Shown: positions 14,601-27,690 of the stretch, in pieces
Layout: each line of letters starts with the position of its first letter
Position numbering within the stretch: the first letter of the stretch is position 1
Assembly: GCA_951406725.2 (NCBI GenBank)
Contig: OX597816.1
Location: forward strand, 177,816,001-177,880,000
Direction of reading: 5' to 3'
DNA from: Octopus vulgaris
Taxonomy: Eukaryota
Length of the DNA stretch: 64,000 bases
Translations under genes and position numbers: made by a program
The notes under the pieces: model-generated
Told to the model about the DNA's origin: nothing
What the model saw: only the letters and a program-made list of their open reading frames with translations
Databases searched by the model: none

Positions 14601-17600
14601 CAGCCACCTCTGTGGCCTCTTACCAAACAGCAACCTCTGTGATTTCTTACCAAACAACCACCTCTGTGGCTTCTTACCACACAGCCACCTCTGTGGCTTC
14701 TTACCACACAGCCACATCTGTGGCTTCTTACCACACAGCCACCTCTGTTGGTTCTTACTAAACAGCCACATCTGTGGCTTCTTACCAAACGGCCACCTCT
14801 GTGGTTTCTTTACAAACAGTCACCTCTGTGGCTTCTTACCAAACAGCCACATCTGTGGCTTCTTACCACACAGCCACCTCTGTGGCTTCTTACCAAACAG
14901 CCACCTCTGTGGCTTCTTCCCAATCAACAGCCACCCCTGTGGCTTCTTACCACACAGCCACATCTGTGGCTTCTTACCACACAGCCACCTCTGTGGCTTC
15001 TTACCACAGCCACCTCTGTGGCTTCTTACCAAACGGCCACCTCTGTGGTTTCTTTACAAACAGTCACCTCTGTGGCTTCTTACCACACAGCCACCTCTGT
15101 GGCTTCTTACCAAACAGCCACCTCTGTGGCTTCTTACCAAACAGCCACCTCTGTGGCTTCTTAACAAACAGACACCTCTGTGGCCTCTTACCAAACAGCC
15201 ACCTCTGTGGCTTCTTACCACACAGCCACCTCTGTGGCTTCTTACCAAACAGCCACCTCTGTGGCACTTCTTACCTTAACAGCCACCTCTGTGGCTTCTT
15301 ACAACAGCCACCACTGTGGCTCTTACCAAACAGCCACCTCTGTGGCTTCTTACCACACAGCCACCTCTGTGGCTTCTTACCACACCACAACACCACCTCT
15401 GTGGCTTCTTACCACACAGCCACCTCTGTGGCTTCTTACCAAACAGCCACCTCTGTGGCTTCTTACCAAACAGCCACCTCTGTGGTTCTTACCAAACAGC
15501 CACCTCTGTGGCTTCTTACCAAACAGCCACCTCTGTGGCTTCTTACCACACAGCCACCTCTGTGGCTTCTTACCCAACAGCCACCTCTGTGACTTCTTAC
15601 CAAACAGCCACCTCTGTGGCTTCTTACCACACAGCCACCTTTGTGGTTTCTTACCAAACAGCCACCTCTGTGGTTTCTTACCACACAGCCACCTCTGTGG
15701 CTTCTTACCACAGAGCCACCTCTGTTGGTTCTTACTAAACAGCCACCTCTGTGGCCTCTTACCAAACAGCAACGTCTGTGATTTCTTACCAAACAACCAT
15801 CTCTGTGGTTTCTTACCAAACAGCCACCTCTGTGGTTTTCTTACCACACAGCCACCTCTGTGGCTTCTTACCACACAGCCACCTCTGTGGGTTCTTACTA
15901 AACAGCCACCTCTGTGGCCTCTTACCAAACAGCCACCTCTGTGGCTTCTTTCCAAACAGCCACCTCTGTGGCTTCTTACCACACAGCCACCTCTGTGGCT
16001 TCTTACCAAACAGCCACCTCTGTGGCTTCTTACCAAACAGCCACCTCTGTGGCTTCTTACCACACAGCCACCTCTGTGGCTTCTTACCACACAGCCACCT
16101 CTGTGGCTTCTTACCAAACAGCCACCTCTGTGGCTTATTACCAAACAGCCACCTCTGTGGCTTCTTACCAAACAGCCACCTCTGTGGCTTCTTACCACAC
16201 AACCACCTCTGTGGCTTCTTACCACACAGCCACCTCTGTGGCTTCTTACCACACAGCCACCTCTGTGGCTTCTTACCACACAGCCACCTCTGTGGCTTCT
16301 TGCCAAACAGCCACCTCTGTGGCTTCTTACCACACAGCGACCCCTGCGGCTTCTTACCAAACAGCCACCTCAGTGGCTTCTTACCACACAGCCACCTCTG
16401 CGGCTTCTTACCAAACAACCACCCCTGTGGCTTCTTACCACACAGCCACCTCTGTGGCTTCTTACCACACAGCCACCTCTGTGGCTTCTTACCAAACAGC
16501 CACCTCTGTGGCTTCTTACCACACAGCCACCTCTGTGGCTTCTTACCACACAGCCACCTCTGTGGCTTCTTACCACACAGCCTCCTCTGTGGCTTCTTAC
16601 CAAACAGCCACCTCTGTGGCTTCTTACCACGCACCCACCTCTGTGGCTTCTTACCAAACAGCCACCTCTGCCTGCCACCAACGCTTCTTACCAAACAGCC
16701 ACCTCTGTGGCTTCTTACCAAACAGCCACCTCTGTGGCTTCTTACCAAACAGCCACCTCTGTGGCTTCTTACCACACAGCCACCTCTGTGGATTCTTACC
16801 AAACAGCCACCTCTGTGGCTTCTTACCAAACAGCCACCTCTGTGGCTTCTTACCAAACAGCCACCTCTGTGGCTTCTTACCAAACAGCCACCTCTGTGGC
16901 TTCTTACCAAACAGCCACCTCTGTGGCTTCTTACCAAACAGCCACCTCTGTGGCTTCTTACCAAACAGCCACCTCTGTGGCTTCTTACCAAACAGCCACC
17001 TCTGCTTGACTTCTTACAACACAGCCACCTCTGTGGCTTCTTACCAAACAGCCACCTCTGTGGCTTCTTACCAAACAGCCACCTCTGTGCCTTCTTACCA
17101 AACAGCCACCTCTGTGGCTTCTTACCAAACAGCCACCTCTGTGGCTTCTTACCAGACACAGCCACCTCTGTGGCTTCTTACCACACAGGCCACCTCTGTG
17201 GCTTCTTACCACACAGCCACCTCTGTGGCTTCTTACCAAACAGCCACCTCTGTGACTTCTTACCACACAGCCACCTCTGTGGCTTCTTACCAAACAGCCA
17301 CCTCTGTGGCTTCTTACCAACACCTCTGTGGCTTCTTACCCACACCTCTGTGGCTTCACCACACAGCCACCTCTGTGGCTTCTTACCTTACAACAGCCAC
17401 CTCTGTGGCTTCTTACTAAACACCAAACAGCCACCTCTGTGGTTCTTACCAAACAACCACCTCTGTGGCTTCTTACCAAACAGCCACCTCTGTGGCTTAA
17501 CACCACCCTGGTTCTTAACAGCCACCTCTGTTCTTACTCTGTTTAAACAGCCACCTCTGTGGCCACCTCTGTGGCTTCTTACCAAACAGCCACCTCTGTG

Positions 17601-20600
17601 TCAACACCACCTCTGGCTCTTCCACAGCCACCTCTGTGGCTTCTTCCCAATCAGCCACCTCTGTGGCTTCTTACCACACAGCCACATCTGTGGCTTCTTA
17701 CCACACAGCCACCTCTGTGGCTTCTTACCACACAGCCACATCTGTGGCTTCTTACCACACAGCCACCTCTGTGGCTTCTTACCAAACAACCACACCTGCG
17801 GCTTCTTACCAAACAACCACCCCTGCAGCTTCTTACCACACAGCCACCTCTGTGGCTTCTTACCACACAGCCACCTCTGTGGCTTCTTACCATATCACCA
17901 CCTCTGTGGCTTCTTTCCACGCAGCCACCTCTGTGGCTTCTTACCACACAGCCACCTCTGTGGCTTCTTACCACACAGCCACCTAAGTGGCTTTTTAACA
18001 AATAACCACCTCTGTGGCTTCTTACCACACAGCCACCTCTGTTGGTTCTTACTAAACAGCCACCTCTGTGGCCTCTTACCAAACAGCCACCTCTGTGGTT
18101 TCTTACCACACAGCCACTTCTGTGGCTTCTTACCACACAACCACCCCTGTGGCTTCTTACCTAACAGCCACCTCTGTGGCTTCTTACCAAACAGCCACCT
18201 CTGTGGCTTCTTACCACACACCCACCTCTGTGGCTTCTTACCAAACAGCCACCTCTGTGGCTTCTTACCAAACAGCTACCTCTGTGGCTTCTTACCACAC
18301 AGCACCTCTGTGGCTTCTTACCACACAGCCACCTCTGTGGCTTCTTACACACACCACCTCTGTGGCTTCTTACCACACACCACCTCTGGATTTACCAAAC
18401 CTCTGTGGCTTCTTACCAACACCACCTCTGTGGCTTCTTACCAAACAGCCACCTCTGTTCTTACCAAACAGCCACCTCTGTGGCTTCTTACCAAACAGCC
18501 ACCTCTGTGGCTTCTTACAAACAGCAACAGCCACCTCTGTGGCTTCTTACCACCACCTCTGTGGCTTCTTACACAGCCACCTCTGTGGCTTCTTACCAAA
18601 CAGCCACCTCTGTGGTTCTTACCACACAGCCACCTCTGTGGCTTCTTACCACACACAGCCACCTCTGTGGTTCTTCCCAAACAGCCACCTCTGTGGCTTC
18701 TTACCACACCCACCTCTGTGGCTTCTACCACAGCCACTCTGTGCTTCTTACCACACAGCACCTCTGTGGCTTCTTACCACACAGCCACCTCTGTGGCTTC
18801 TTACCACACAGCCACCTCTGTGGCTTCTTACCACAACCACCCTGTGGCTTCTTACCACACCCACCTGTGGATTCTTACCAAACAGCCACCTCTGTGCTTC
18901 TTACAACAGCCCCTCTGTGGTTCTTACCAACAGCCACCTCTGTGGCATTCTTACCAAACAGCCACCTCTGTGGCTTCTTACCAAACAGCCACCTCTGTGG
19001 CTTCTTACCACACAGCCACCTCTGTGGCTTCTTACCACACAGCCACCTCTGTGGCTTCTTACCAACAGCCACCTCTGTGGCTTCTTACCAAACAGCCACC
19101 TCTGTAGCTTCTTACCAAACAGCCACCTCTGTGGCTTCTTACCAAACAGCCACCTCTGTGGTTTAAACAACAGCCACCTCTGTGGCTTCTTACCACACAG
19201 CAAACCCCTGTGGCTTCTTACCAAACAGCCACCTCTGGGCTTCTTACCACACAGCACCTCTGTGGCTCTATAGCCCCCCGTGGCTTCTTACCAACACAGC
19301 CACCTCTGTGGCTTCTTACCACACAGCCACCTCTGTGGCTTCTTACCAAACAACCACCTCTGCGACTTCTTACCAAACAGCCACCTCTGTGGCTTCTTAC
19401 CACACAGCCTCCTCTGTGGCTTCTTACCAAACAGCCACCTCTGTGGCTTCTTACCACACAGCCACCTCTGTGGCTTCTTACCAAACAGCCACCTCTGTGG
19501 CTTCTTACCAAACAGCTACCTCTGTGGCTTCTTACCACACAGCCACCTCTGTGGCTTCTTACCACACAGCCACCTCTGTGGCTTCTTACCACACACCCAC
19601 CTCTGTGGCTTCTTACCACACACCCACCTCTGTGGATTCTTACCAAACAGCCACCTCTGTGGCTTCTTACCAAACAGCCACCTCTGTGGATTCTTACCAC
19701 ACAGCCACCTCTGTGGATTCTTACCAAACAGCCACCTCTGTGGCTTCTTACCAAACAGCCACCTCTGTGACTTCTTACCAAACAGACACCTCTGTGGGTT
19801 CTTACTAAAAAGCCACCTCTGTGGCTTCTTACCAAACAGCCACCTCTGTGGCTTCTTACTAAACAGCCTCCTCTGTGGCTTCTTACCAAACAGCCACCTC
19901 TGTGGCTTCTTACCACACAGCGACCCCTGCGGCTTCTTACCAAACAACCACCCCTGCGGCTTCTTACCACACAGCCACCTCTGTGGCTTCTTACCACACA
20001 GCCACCTCTGTGGCTTGTTACCACACCACCACCTCTGTGGCTTCTTTCCAAGCAGCCACCTCTGTGGCTTCTTACCAGACAGCCACCTCTGTGGCTTCTT
20101 ACCAAACAGCCACCCTGTGGTTTACCAACAGCCACCTCTGTGGCTTCTTACAACACAGCCACCTCTGTGGCTTCTTACCAAACAGCCACCTCTGTGGCTT
20201 ACCAAACAGCCACCTCTGTGCTTCTTACCAAACAGCCACCTCTGTGGCTTCTTACCAAACAGCCACCTCTGTGGCTTCTTACCACACAGCCACCTCTGTG
20301 GCTTCTTACCACACAGCCACCTCTGTGCTTCTTACCACACAGCCACCTCTGTGGCTTCTTACCAACAGCCACCTCTGTGGCTTCTTACCACACAGCCACC
20401 CTCTGTGGCTTCTTACCACACCCACCTCTGTGGCTTCTTACCAAACAACCACCTCTGTGGCTTCTTACCACACAGCCACCTCTGTGGCTTCTTACAAACA
20501 GCCACCTCTGTGGCTTCTTACCAAACAGCCACCTCTGTGGTTCTTACCACACAGCCACTCTGTGGCTTCTTACCACACACCACCTCTGTGGCTCACCCTA

Positions 20601-23600
20601 AACACCACCTCTGTGGCTTCTTACCAAACAGCCACCTCTGTGGCTTCTTACCACACAGCCACCTCTGTGGCTTCTTACCAAACAGCCACCTCTGTGGCTT
20701 CTTACCAAACAGCCACCTCTGTGGCTTCTTACCACACAGCCACCTCTGTGGCTTCTTACCACACAGCCACCTCTGTGGCTTCTTACCCACACAGCCACCT
20801 CTGTGGCTTCTTACCACACAGCCACCTCTGTGGCTTCTTACCAAACAGCCACCTCTGTGGCTTCTTACCAAACAGCCACCTCTGTGGCTTCTTACCACAC
20901 AGCCACCTCTGTGGTTTTACCAAACAGCCACCTCTGTGGCTTCTTACCAAACAGCCACCTCTGTGACTTCTTACCAAACAGCCACCTCTGTGGCTTCTTA
21001 CTAAACAGCCACCTCTGTGGCTTCTTACCAAACAGCCACCTCTGTGGCTTCTTACCACACAGCCACCTCTGTGGCTTCTTACCAAACAGCCACCTCTGTG
21101 GCTTCTTACCACACACCCCTCTGTGGCTTCTTACCAAACAGCCACCTCGTGGCTTCTTACCACACAGCCACCTCTGTGGCTTCTTACCCACACAGCCACC
21201 TCTGTGGCTTCTTACCACACAGCCACCTCTGTGGCTTCTTACCAAACAGCCACCTCTGTGGCTTCTTACCAAACAGCCACCTCTGTGGCTTCTTACCAAC
21301 AGCCACCTCTGTGGCTTCTTACCACACAGCCACCTCTGTGGCTTCTTACCACACAGCCACCTCTGTGGCTTCTTACCACACAGCCACCTCTGTGGCTTCT
21401 TACCACACAGCCACCTCTGTGGATTCTTACCAAACAGCCACCTCTGTGGCTTCTTACCAAACAGCCACCTCTGTGGCTTCTTACCAAACAGCCACCTCTG
21501 TGACTTCTTACCAAACAGCCACCTCTGTGGCTTCTTACTAAAAAGCCACCTCTGTGGCTTCTTACCAAACAGCCACCTCTGTGGCTTCTTACTAAACAGC
21601 CTCCTCTGTGGCTTCTTACCAAACAGCCACCTCTGTGGCTTCTTACCACAGCGACCCCTGCGGCTTCTTACCAAACAGCCACCTCTGTGGCTTCTTACCA
21701 AACAGCCACCTCTGTGGCTTCTTACCAAACAACCACCCCTGCAGCTTCTTACCACACAGCCACCTCTGTGGCTTCTTACCACACAGCCACCTCTGTGGCT
21801 TCTTACCAAACAGCCACCTCTGTGGCTTCTTACCACACAGCCACCTCTGTGGCTTCTTACCAAACAGCCACCTCTGTGGCTTCTTACAAACAGCACCTCT
21901 TGTTACCAAACAGCCACCTCTGTGGCTTCTTACCAAACAGCCACCTCTGTGGCTTCTTACCACACAGCCACCTCTGTGGCTTCTTACCACACAGCCACCT
22001 CTGTGGGCTTCTTACCAAACAGCCACCTCTGTGGCTTCTTACCAAACAGCCACCTCTGTGGCTTCTTACCAACAGCCACCTCTGTGGATTCTTACCAAAC
22101 AGCCACCTCTGTGGCTTCTTACCAAACAGCCACCTCTGTGGCTTCTTACCAAACAGCCACCTCTGTGGCTTCTTACCAAACAGCCACCTCTGTGGCTTCT
22201 TACCAAACAGCCACCTCTGTGGCTTCTTACCAAACAGCCACCTCTGTGGCTTCTTACCAAACAGCCACCTCTGTGGCTTCTTACCAAACAGCCACCTCTG
22301 TGGCTTCTTACCACACAGCCACCTCTGTGGCTCTTACCAAACAGCCACCTCTGTGGCTTCTTACCACACAGCCACCTCTGTGGCTTCTTACCACACAGCC
22401 ACCTCTGTGGCTTCTTACCAACAGCCACCTCTGTGGCTTCTTACCAACAGCCACCTCTGTGGCTTCTTACCAGACAGCCACCTCTGTGCTTCTTACCAAA
22501 CAGCCACCTCTGTGGCTTCTTACCAAACAGCCACCTCTATGACTTCTTACAACACAGCCACCTCTGTGGCTTCTTACCAAACAGCCACCTCTGTGGCTTC
22601 TTACCAAACAGCCACCTCTGTGGCTTCTTACCAAACAGCCACCTCTGTGGCTTCTTACCACAGAGCCACCTCTGTGCCTTCTTACCACACAGCCACCTCT
22701 GTGGCTTCTTACCAAACAGCCACCTCTGTGACTTCTTACCACACAGCCACCTCTGTGGCTTCTTACCATATACCCACCTCTGTGGCTTCTTACCACACAA
22801 CCACCTCTGTGGCTTCTTACCTAACAGCCACCTTTGTGGCTTCTTACCAAACAGCCACCTCTGTGGTTTCTTACCACACAGCCACCTCTGTGGCTTCTTA
22901 CCAAACAGCCACCTCTGTGGCCTCTCACCAAACATCCACCTCTGTGACTTCTTACCAAACAACCACCTCTGTGGCTTCTTACCACACAGCCACCTCTGTG
23001 GGCTCTTACCAAACAGCCACCTCTGTGGCTTCTTACCAAACAGCCTCCTCTGTGGCTTCTTACCACACAGCCACCTCTGTGGCTTCTTACCACACAGCCA
23101 CCTCTGTGGCTTCTTACCACACAGCCACCTCTGTGGCTTCTTTCCACACAGCCACCTCTGTGGCTTCTTTCCACACAGCCACCTCTGTGGCTTCTTACCA
23201 AACAGCCACCTCTGTGTCTTCTTACCACACAGCCACCTCTGTGGCTTCTTACCACACAGCCACCTAAGTGGCTTTTTAACAAACAGCCACCTCTGTGGCT
23301 TCTCGCCAAACAGCCACCTCTGTGGCTTCTCGCCAAACAGCCACCTCTGTGGCTTCTCGCCAAACAGCCACCTCTGTGGCTTCTCGCCAAACAGCCACCT
23401 CTGTGGCTTCTCGCCAAACAGCCACCTCTGTGGCTTCTCGCCAAACAGCCACCTCCCTGGCTTCTCGCCAAACAGCCACCTCCGTGGCTTCTCGCCAAAC
23501 AGCCACCTCCGTGGCTTCTCGCCAAACAGCCACCTCCGTGGCTTCTCGCCAAACAGCCACCTCCGTGGCTTCTCGCCAAACAGCCACCTCCGTGGCTTCT

Positions 23601-24045
23601 CGCCAAACAGCCACCTCCGTGGCTTCTCGCCAAACAGCCACCTCCGTGGCTTCTCGCCACACAGCCACCTCTCTGGCTTCTCGCCACACAGCCACCTCTC
23701 TGGCTTCTCGCCACACAGCCACCTCTCTGGCTTCTCGCCACACAGCCACCTCTCTGGCTTCTCGCCACACAGCCACCTCTCTGGCTTCTCGCCACGCAGC
23801 CACCTCTCTGGCTTCTCGCCACACAGCCACCTCTCTGGCTTCTCGCCACACAGCCACCTCTCTGGCTTCTCACCACACAGCCACCTCTCTGGCTTCTCAC
23901 CACACAGCCACCTCTCTGGCTTCTCGCCACACAGCCATCTCTCTGGCTTCTTACCACACAGCCACCTCTCTGGCTTCTTACTAAACTTCCACCTCTCTGT
24001 CTTCATGCCACACAACCACCTCTGTGGCTGTTTACCACACAGCCA
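11643..24045. repeat. 27-bp minisatellite array, ~460 units: ACAGCCACCTCTGTGGCTTCTTACCA(A/C)
   Basis: Direct reading; 9-codon periodicity in the ORF track (TATSVASYQ/H); internal hairpin AGCCAC-ctct-GTGGCT. Confidence 0.98.
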
Positions 24046-24117
24046 AGTGGTGGTAGTGGTGGTGGTGGTTGTCGCGGTGGCGGTGGTGGTGGCGGTGCTT
24101 GTGGCGGTGGTGGTAGT
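24046..24117. repeat. Imperfect (GGT)n
   Basis: Direct reading; abuts the right end of the satellite. Confidence 0.8.
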
Positions 24118-25437
24118 GTACGTGTAAATATATGCATATTGATGTGTAATGATTTCAACGTCAAGGTCCGTATTCTAAAGACAGAAGCCTAAAATATTTT
24201 GATTGCATCACCTATTATCAGTATTTGTCTTTACGCTCAAACCAACAGACCTTAAATAAAACGAGTAACATCAGAAAGAGAAGCTACAACCTTATCAGAT
24301 AAATTACCAGATTTGCGACCATTTAGCTTACTTGCACAACTCACAGCGGTCTCTGGCGTAGGAACAGGGAATTGTAAAACAAAGCATTCAACCTTTAAAA
24401 TGCATTACAAAATAATTGTACATTAACAGTATCAACATCATTCTACACAGGAAATATTCATTTCATATTCCCATTAAATAGTGCCTTGTGACAGAAGCAA
24501 AAGTGGAAGGAGCGTTACGCCCTTAGAATAATTGCGTAAGCCAGATAATTTTTAAGTTGTCTCTGAAAATGTATAGTGGCAGGATGTGTGGGTTTCGATC
24601 TTATCAAAACATAGACCTGTTTCTGCTCCGTTACTGGGTGTGAAGATATTTGTAAGAAAAGACCAGGTCGAATATCAGTATATGATGAAAAGGATTCAAC
24701 TCTCCACGCCCTTTTACACCGGTAAACATAGACAGAACACCGACACAGATCCAGATACGTAGAAATATGCTGACGCATACAAATATACATGTATTGACGG
24801 GCTTTGTACAGTTTTCGCGAGTCAAATTCCTTTTACAAGGTATTGATATATAACTTCAGCCTACTAGCTTTTGCTATAATACATTCATATATGTCTAAAC
24901 TAAATTCCTCGAAATGACAATGGATTTGACATTTGTACTACCCCTTCCTCTATCTATAAATAGAAAAAATTCTTGTTTGTCTCTATTGAACCAAGAATAG
25001 AAAACCGCCTCCCCACTGTTAGATCTAAATAACAAAGTGAACTCAGTGATAAAATCTACAAAAGGAGAAGAACATACTACCACCATGTTCTTAATGATGA
25101 AATTAACCTCTCTGTCTATATATCTACCCTCTTTGTAATGTTGGCAAATGAAATAAGTATAAGAATGTGCATTGTCCGTTTAATTAAAAAAAATCTATAT
25201 GTGACTAAAGATTGCTCAACATTTTAAAACTGATATAATACTTACAGTGTTTAATAAAATGAAGTAGCATGAAACAATTGTACTACACTACCTTGGATAT
25301 CTTTGTTGCTTATTTTGATTATAATCACCCCACTTGATTTATATGGATAATACCATACAAAATTCTGGTGCCTTTAACTTAAGTACCACATTCATCTGAA
25401 TCTAAATTTTGGTGAACTTATATATATATATATATAT

Positions 25438-25557
25438 CTTTTACTTGTTTCAGTCATTTAACTGCGGCCATGGTGGAGCACGCCTTTAGTCGAAGAAATC
25501 GACCCAGGACTTATTCTTTGTAAGCCTATCGGTCTCTTATATATATTCTATCGGTCT

Positions 25558-25560
<3 letters not shown>
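25438..25560 (-). mobile_element. SINE family A 3' fragment
   Basis: cttttacttgtttcagtcatttaactgcggccatg matches the family tail. Confidence 0.75.
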
Positions 25561-25611
<51 letters not shown>

Positions 25612-25644
25612 CTTTATTTTAAGCAGCAGAAAATTTAACAAAAT

Positions 25645-25682
25645 CTGTTACTCTGAGTTTCTCGTTGCCGTTCATCAGACAG
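25645..25682 (-). ncRNA. Minimal type I hammerhead motif family 1
   Basis: Reverse complement of 27235-27272. Confidence 0.75.
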
Positions 25683-26436
25683 TTTTTGCTAGATTGGAAC
25701 CGATATATCAATTCAATCTAGACTCTTACAAACGCTACACCTTTAAAAAGAAATGGACTTGTTTGATTGGCCCTTTAGAAAAAACGGTCAATCTTCGAGC
25801 GATAAACAAAAAGGTCAAAAATATATGTATATATATATAAAATCACTTATAAAAATTATAAAATCCGAGGAAAAAACCTTACATTGAATAAAATACATAT
25901 TGACGTTAATGAAGACGTTAATGCATAGAAATTAAACCTGTTATAAATATTACACTGCAATACATATTTATATTAAAATGTACATATATATATCAACATA
26001 CACAAAAGGATGCGCGCAAACGCCATACATATACATACGTATGAATATAAATCTAAATATACACATAAATGCATGTGTACATATATTCACGCAAACCATC
26101 TCGCACGCAAGTTTAAAATCATCTATGTAGCGATTCTCATATACTGAGTAAGGGGGTGAACGAAAGAAAGGAAGAGAGAGAAAAAGGAACGAAGGAGGGG
26201 TGGGGAAAAAAACGAAATAAGAAAAAATTATGTATACAAGCTGTGTAACGGCATTATTGGCATATATGGAGACAAGTATACAAACACAAGTTCGAATGGA
26301 TACATATACATACAGTCGTGTATATGTGTGCTTAAGCACAAACATACTCTCACTTACACATACACAGATACGCATGCTTACAAATACATATCCTTGGCTA
26401 TACACATACTTATATCCACATTCTAATTTTGACAAG

Positions 26437-26498
26437 ATTGCTTTTTTTAAAAAAACATTGCTTTTTTTAAAAAAAACATTGCTTTTTTTTAAAAAATA
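26437..26498. repeat. ~21-bp tandem repeat x3 (attgc-T7/8-A5/8-c)
   Basis: Direct reading. Confidence 0.8.
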
Positions 26499-27234
26499 GG
26501 TGCATTAATAAAAATATATACGAAAGACATATAAAATAAAATATAACACCCTATTTTGGATCATTTATAAATAATCAAGGTAATATAAATAATCAAGGTA
26601 ATCCTATACAATACAATACCATGAAAACAAGGTCGAAGGTTTTTCCTAATGTATATGTAGAAACATAAGTCTTTGCTATACGGATTAAGATCCACATAGC
26701 TTGGAAACAAAATCCATCGTAGCGCTCATCGTTCAAGAGTCAAAATCAAAATTTCAAAAATCAAATATACAAGAGAATCGCTACATAGTTGATTTTTAAC
26801 TTGCGTGCGAGATGGTTTGCGTGAATATATGTACACATGCATTTATGTGTATATTTAGATTTATATTCATACGTCTGTATATGTATGGCGTTTGCGCGCA
26901 TCCTTTTGTGTATGTTGATATATATATGTACATTTTAATATAAATATGTATTGCAGTGTAATATTTATAACAGGTTTAATTTCTATGCATTAATTTATAC
27001 TTTTTTCATTAACGTCAATATGTATTTTATTCAATGTAAGGTTTTTTCCTCGGATTTTATAATTTTTATAAGTTTTTTATATATATATACATATATTTTT
27101 GACCTTTTTGTTTATCGCTCGAAGATTGACCGTTTTTTCTAAAGGGCCAATCAAACAAGTCCATTTCTTTTTAAAGGTGTAGCGTTTGTAAGAGTCTAGA
27201 TTGAATTGATATATCGGTTCCATTCTAGCAAAAA

Positions 27235-27272
27235 CTGTCTGATGAACGGCAACGAGAAACTCAGAGTAACAG
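27235..27272 (+). ncRNA. Minimal type I hammerhead motif family 1 with canonical core
   Basis: ctgt-CTGATGA-a cg gcaa cg a-GAAA-ctc a gag-TA-acag; predicted cleavage after A27268 (GUA). Confidence 0.75.
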
Positions 27273-27374
27273 ATTTTGTTAAATTTTCTGCTGCTTAAAA
27301 TAAAGCATATTACTCTACCACTGGTATTTGAGTACTCTTTTTTCCACCTTGTTTCACATTTATGTGTTTACTCC

Positions 27375-27430
<56 letters not shown>

Positions 27431-27435
<5 letters not shown>

Positions 27436-27690
27436 ATATGTTACATTACTCAATAGTCAAGATAAAACTCTGAGTTTCAGATGCCGAAGTGGAAATCCAC
27501 AACACCATCTCTTCGGTTGGCCAGATAACCGAAGAGATGGTGTTGTGGATTTCCACTTCGGCATCTGAAACTCAGAGTTTTATCTTGACTATTGAGTAAT
27601 GTAATATTATTTAATAGATAAATTTCCTCTATTTACATAATATTGAGGTCTCCTTCTTTCTTTTGTTATCTTACCGTTTTTACCAATATA
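27431..27690. mobile_element. Fold-back pair of HHR family 2 terminal repeats
   Basis: 27431-27518 is inverted at 27527-27612 with a very short loop; (AT)n flanks. Confidence 0.8.
27524..27584 (+). ncRNA. Type I hammerhead motif family 2, CCGAAGA variant (mirror copy at 27461-27520, minus)
   Basis: gataa-CCGAAGA-gatg...catc t-GAAA-ctc a gag-TT-ttatc. Confidence 0.65.

Larger units (their letters stand above)
25611..27378. mobile_element. Large inverted repeat (~530-bp arms) of HHR-bearing PLE-type terminal repeats
   Basis: 25611-26138 is a near-identical reverse complement of 26774-27305; (AT)n on both flanks; one HHR per arm. Confidence 0.85.

Noticed and set aside
17150-21300. Apparent zone of rapid satellite decay with many 1-3 nt deletions
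   Set aside because: The pattern resembles uncorrected long-read consensus error and cannot be treated as biology without reads
11643-24045. CRISPR-like array (palindromic repeat plus spacer)
   Set aside because: Linkers are 11 nt and near-identical rather than unique spacers; no cas genes; eukaryotic context
11587-24127. Long ORFs (up to 1118 aa) with TATSVASYQ, PNSHLCGFL or KQPPLWLLT repeats, read as mucin-, antifreeze- or metal-binding proteins
   Set aside because: A 27-bp unit lacking stops in most frames gives ORFs on both strands; frames switch freely at indels and the unit is SINE-like
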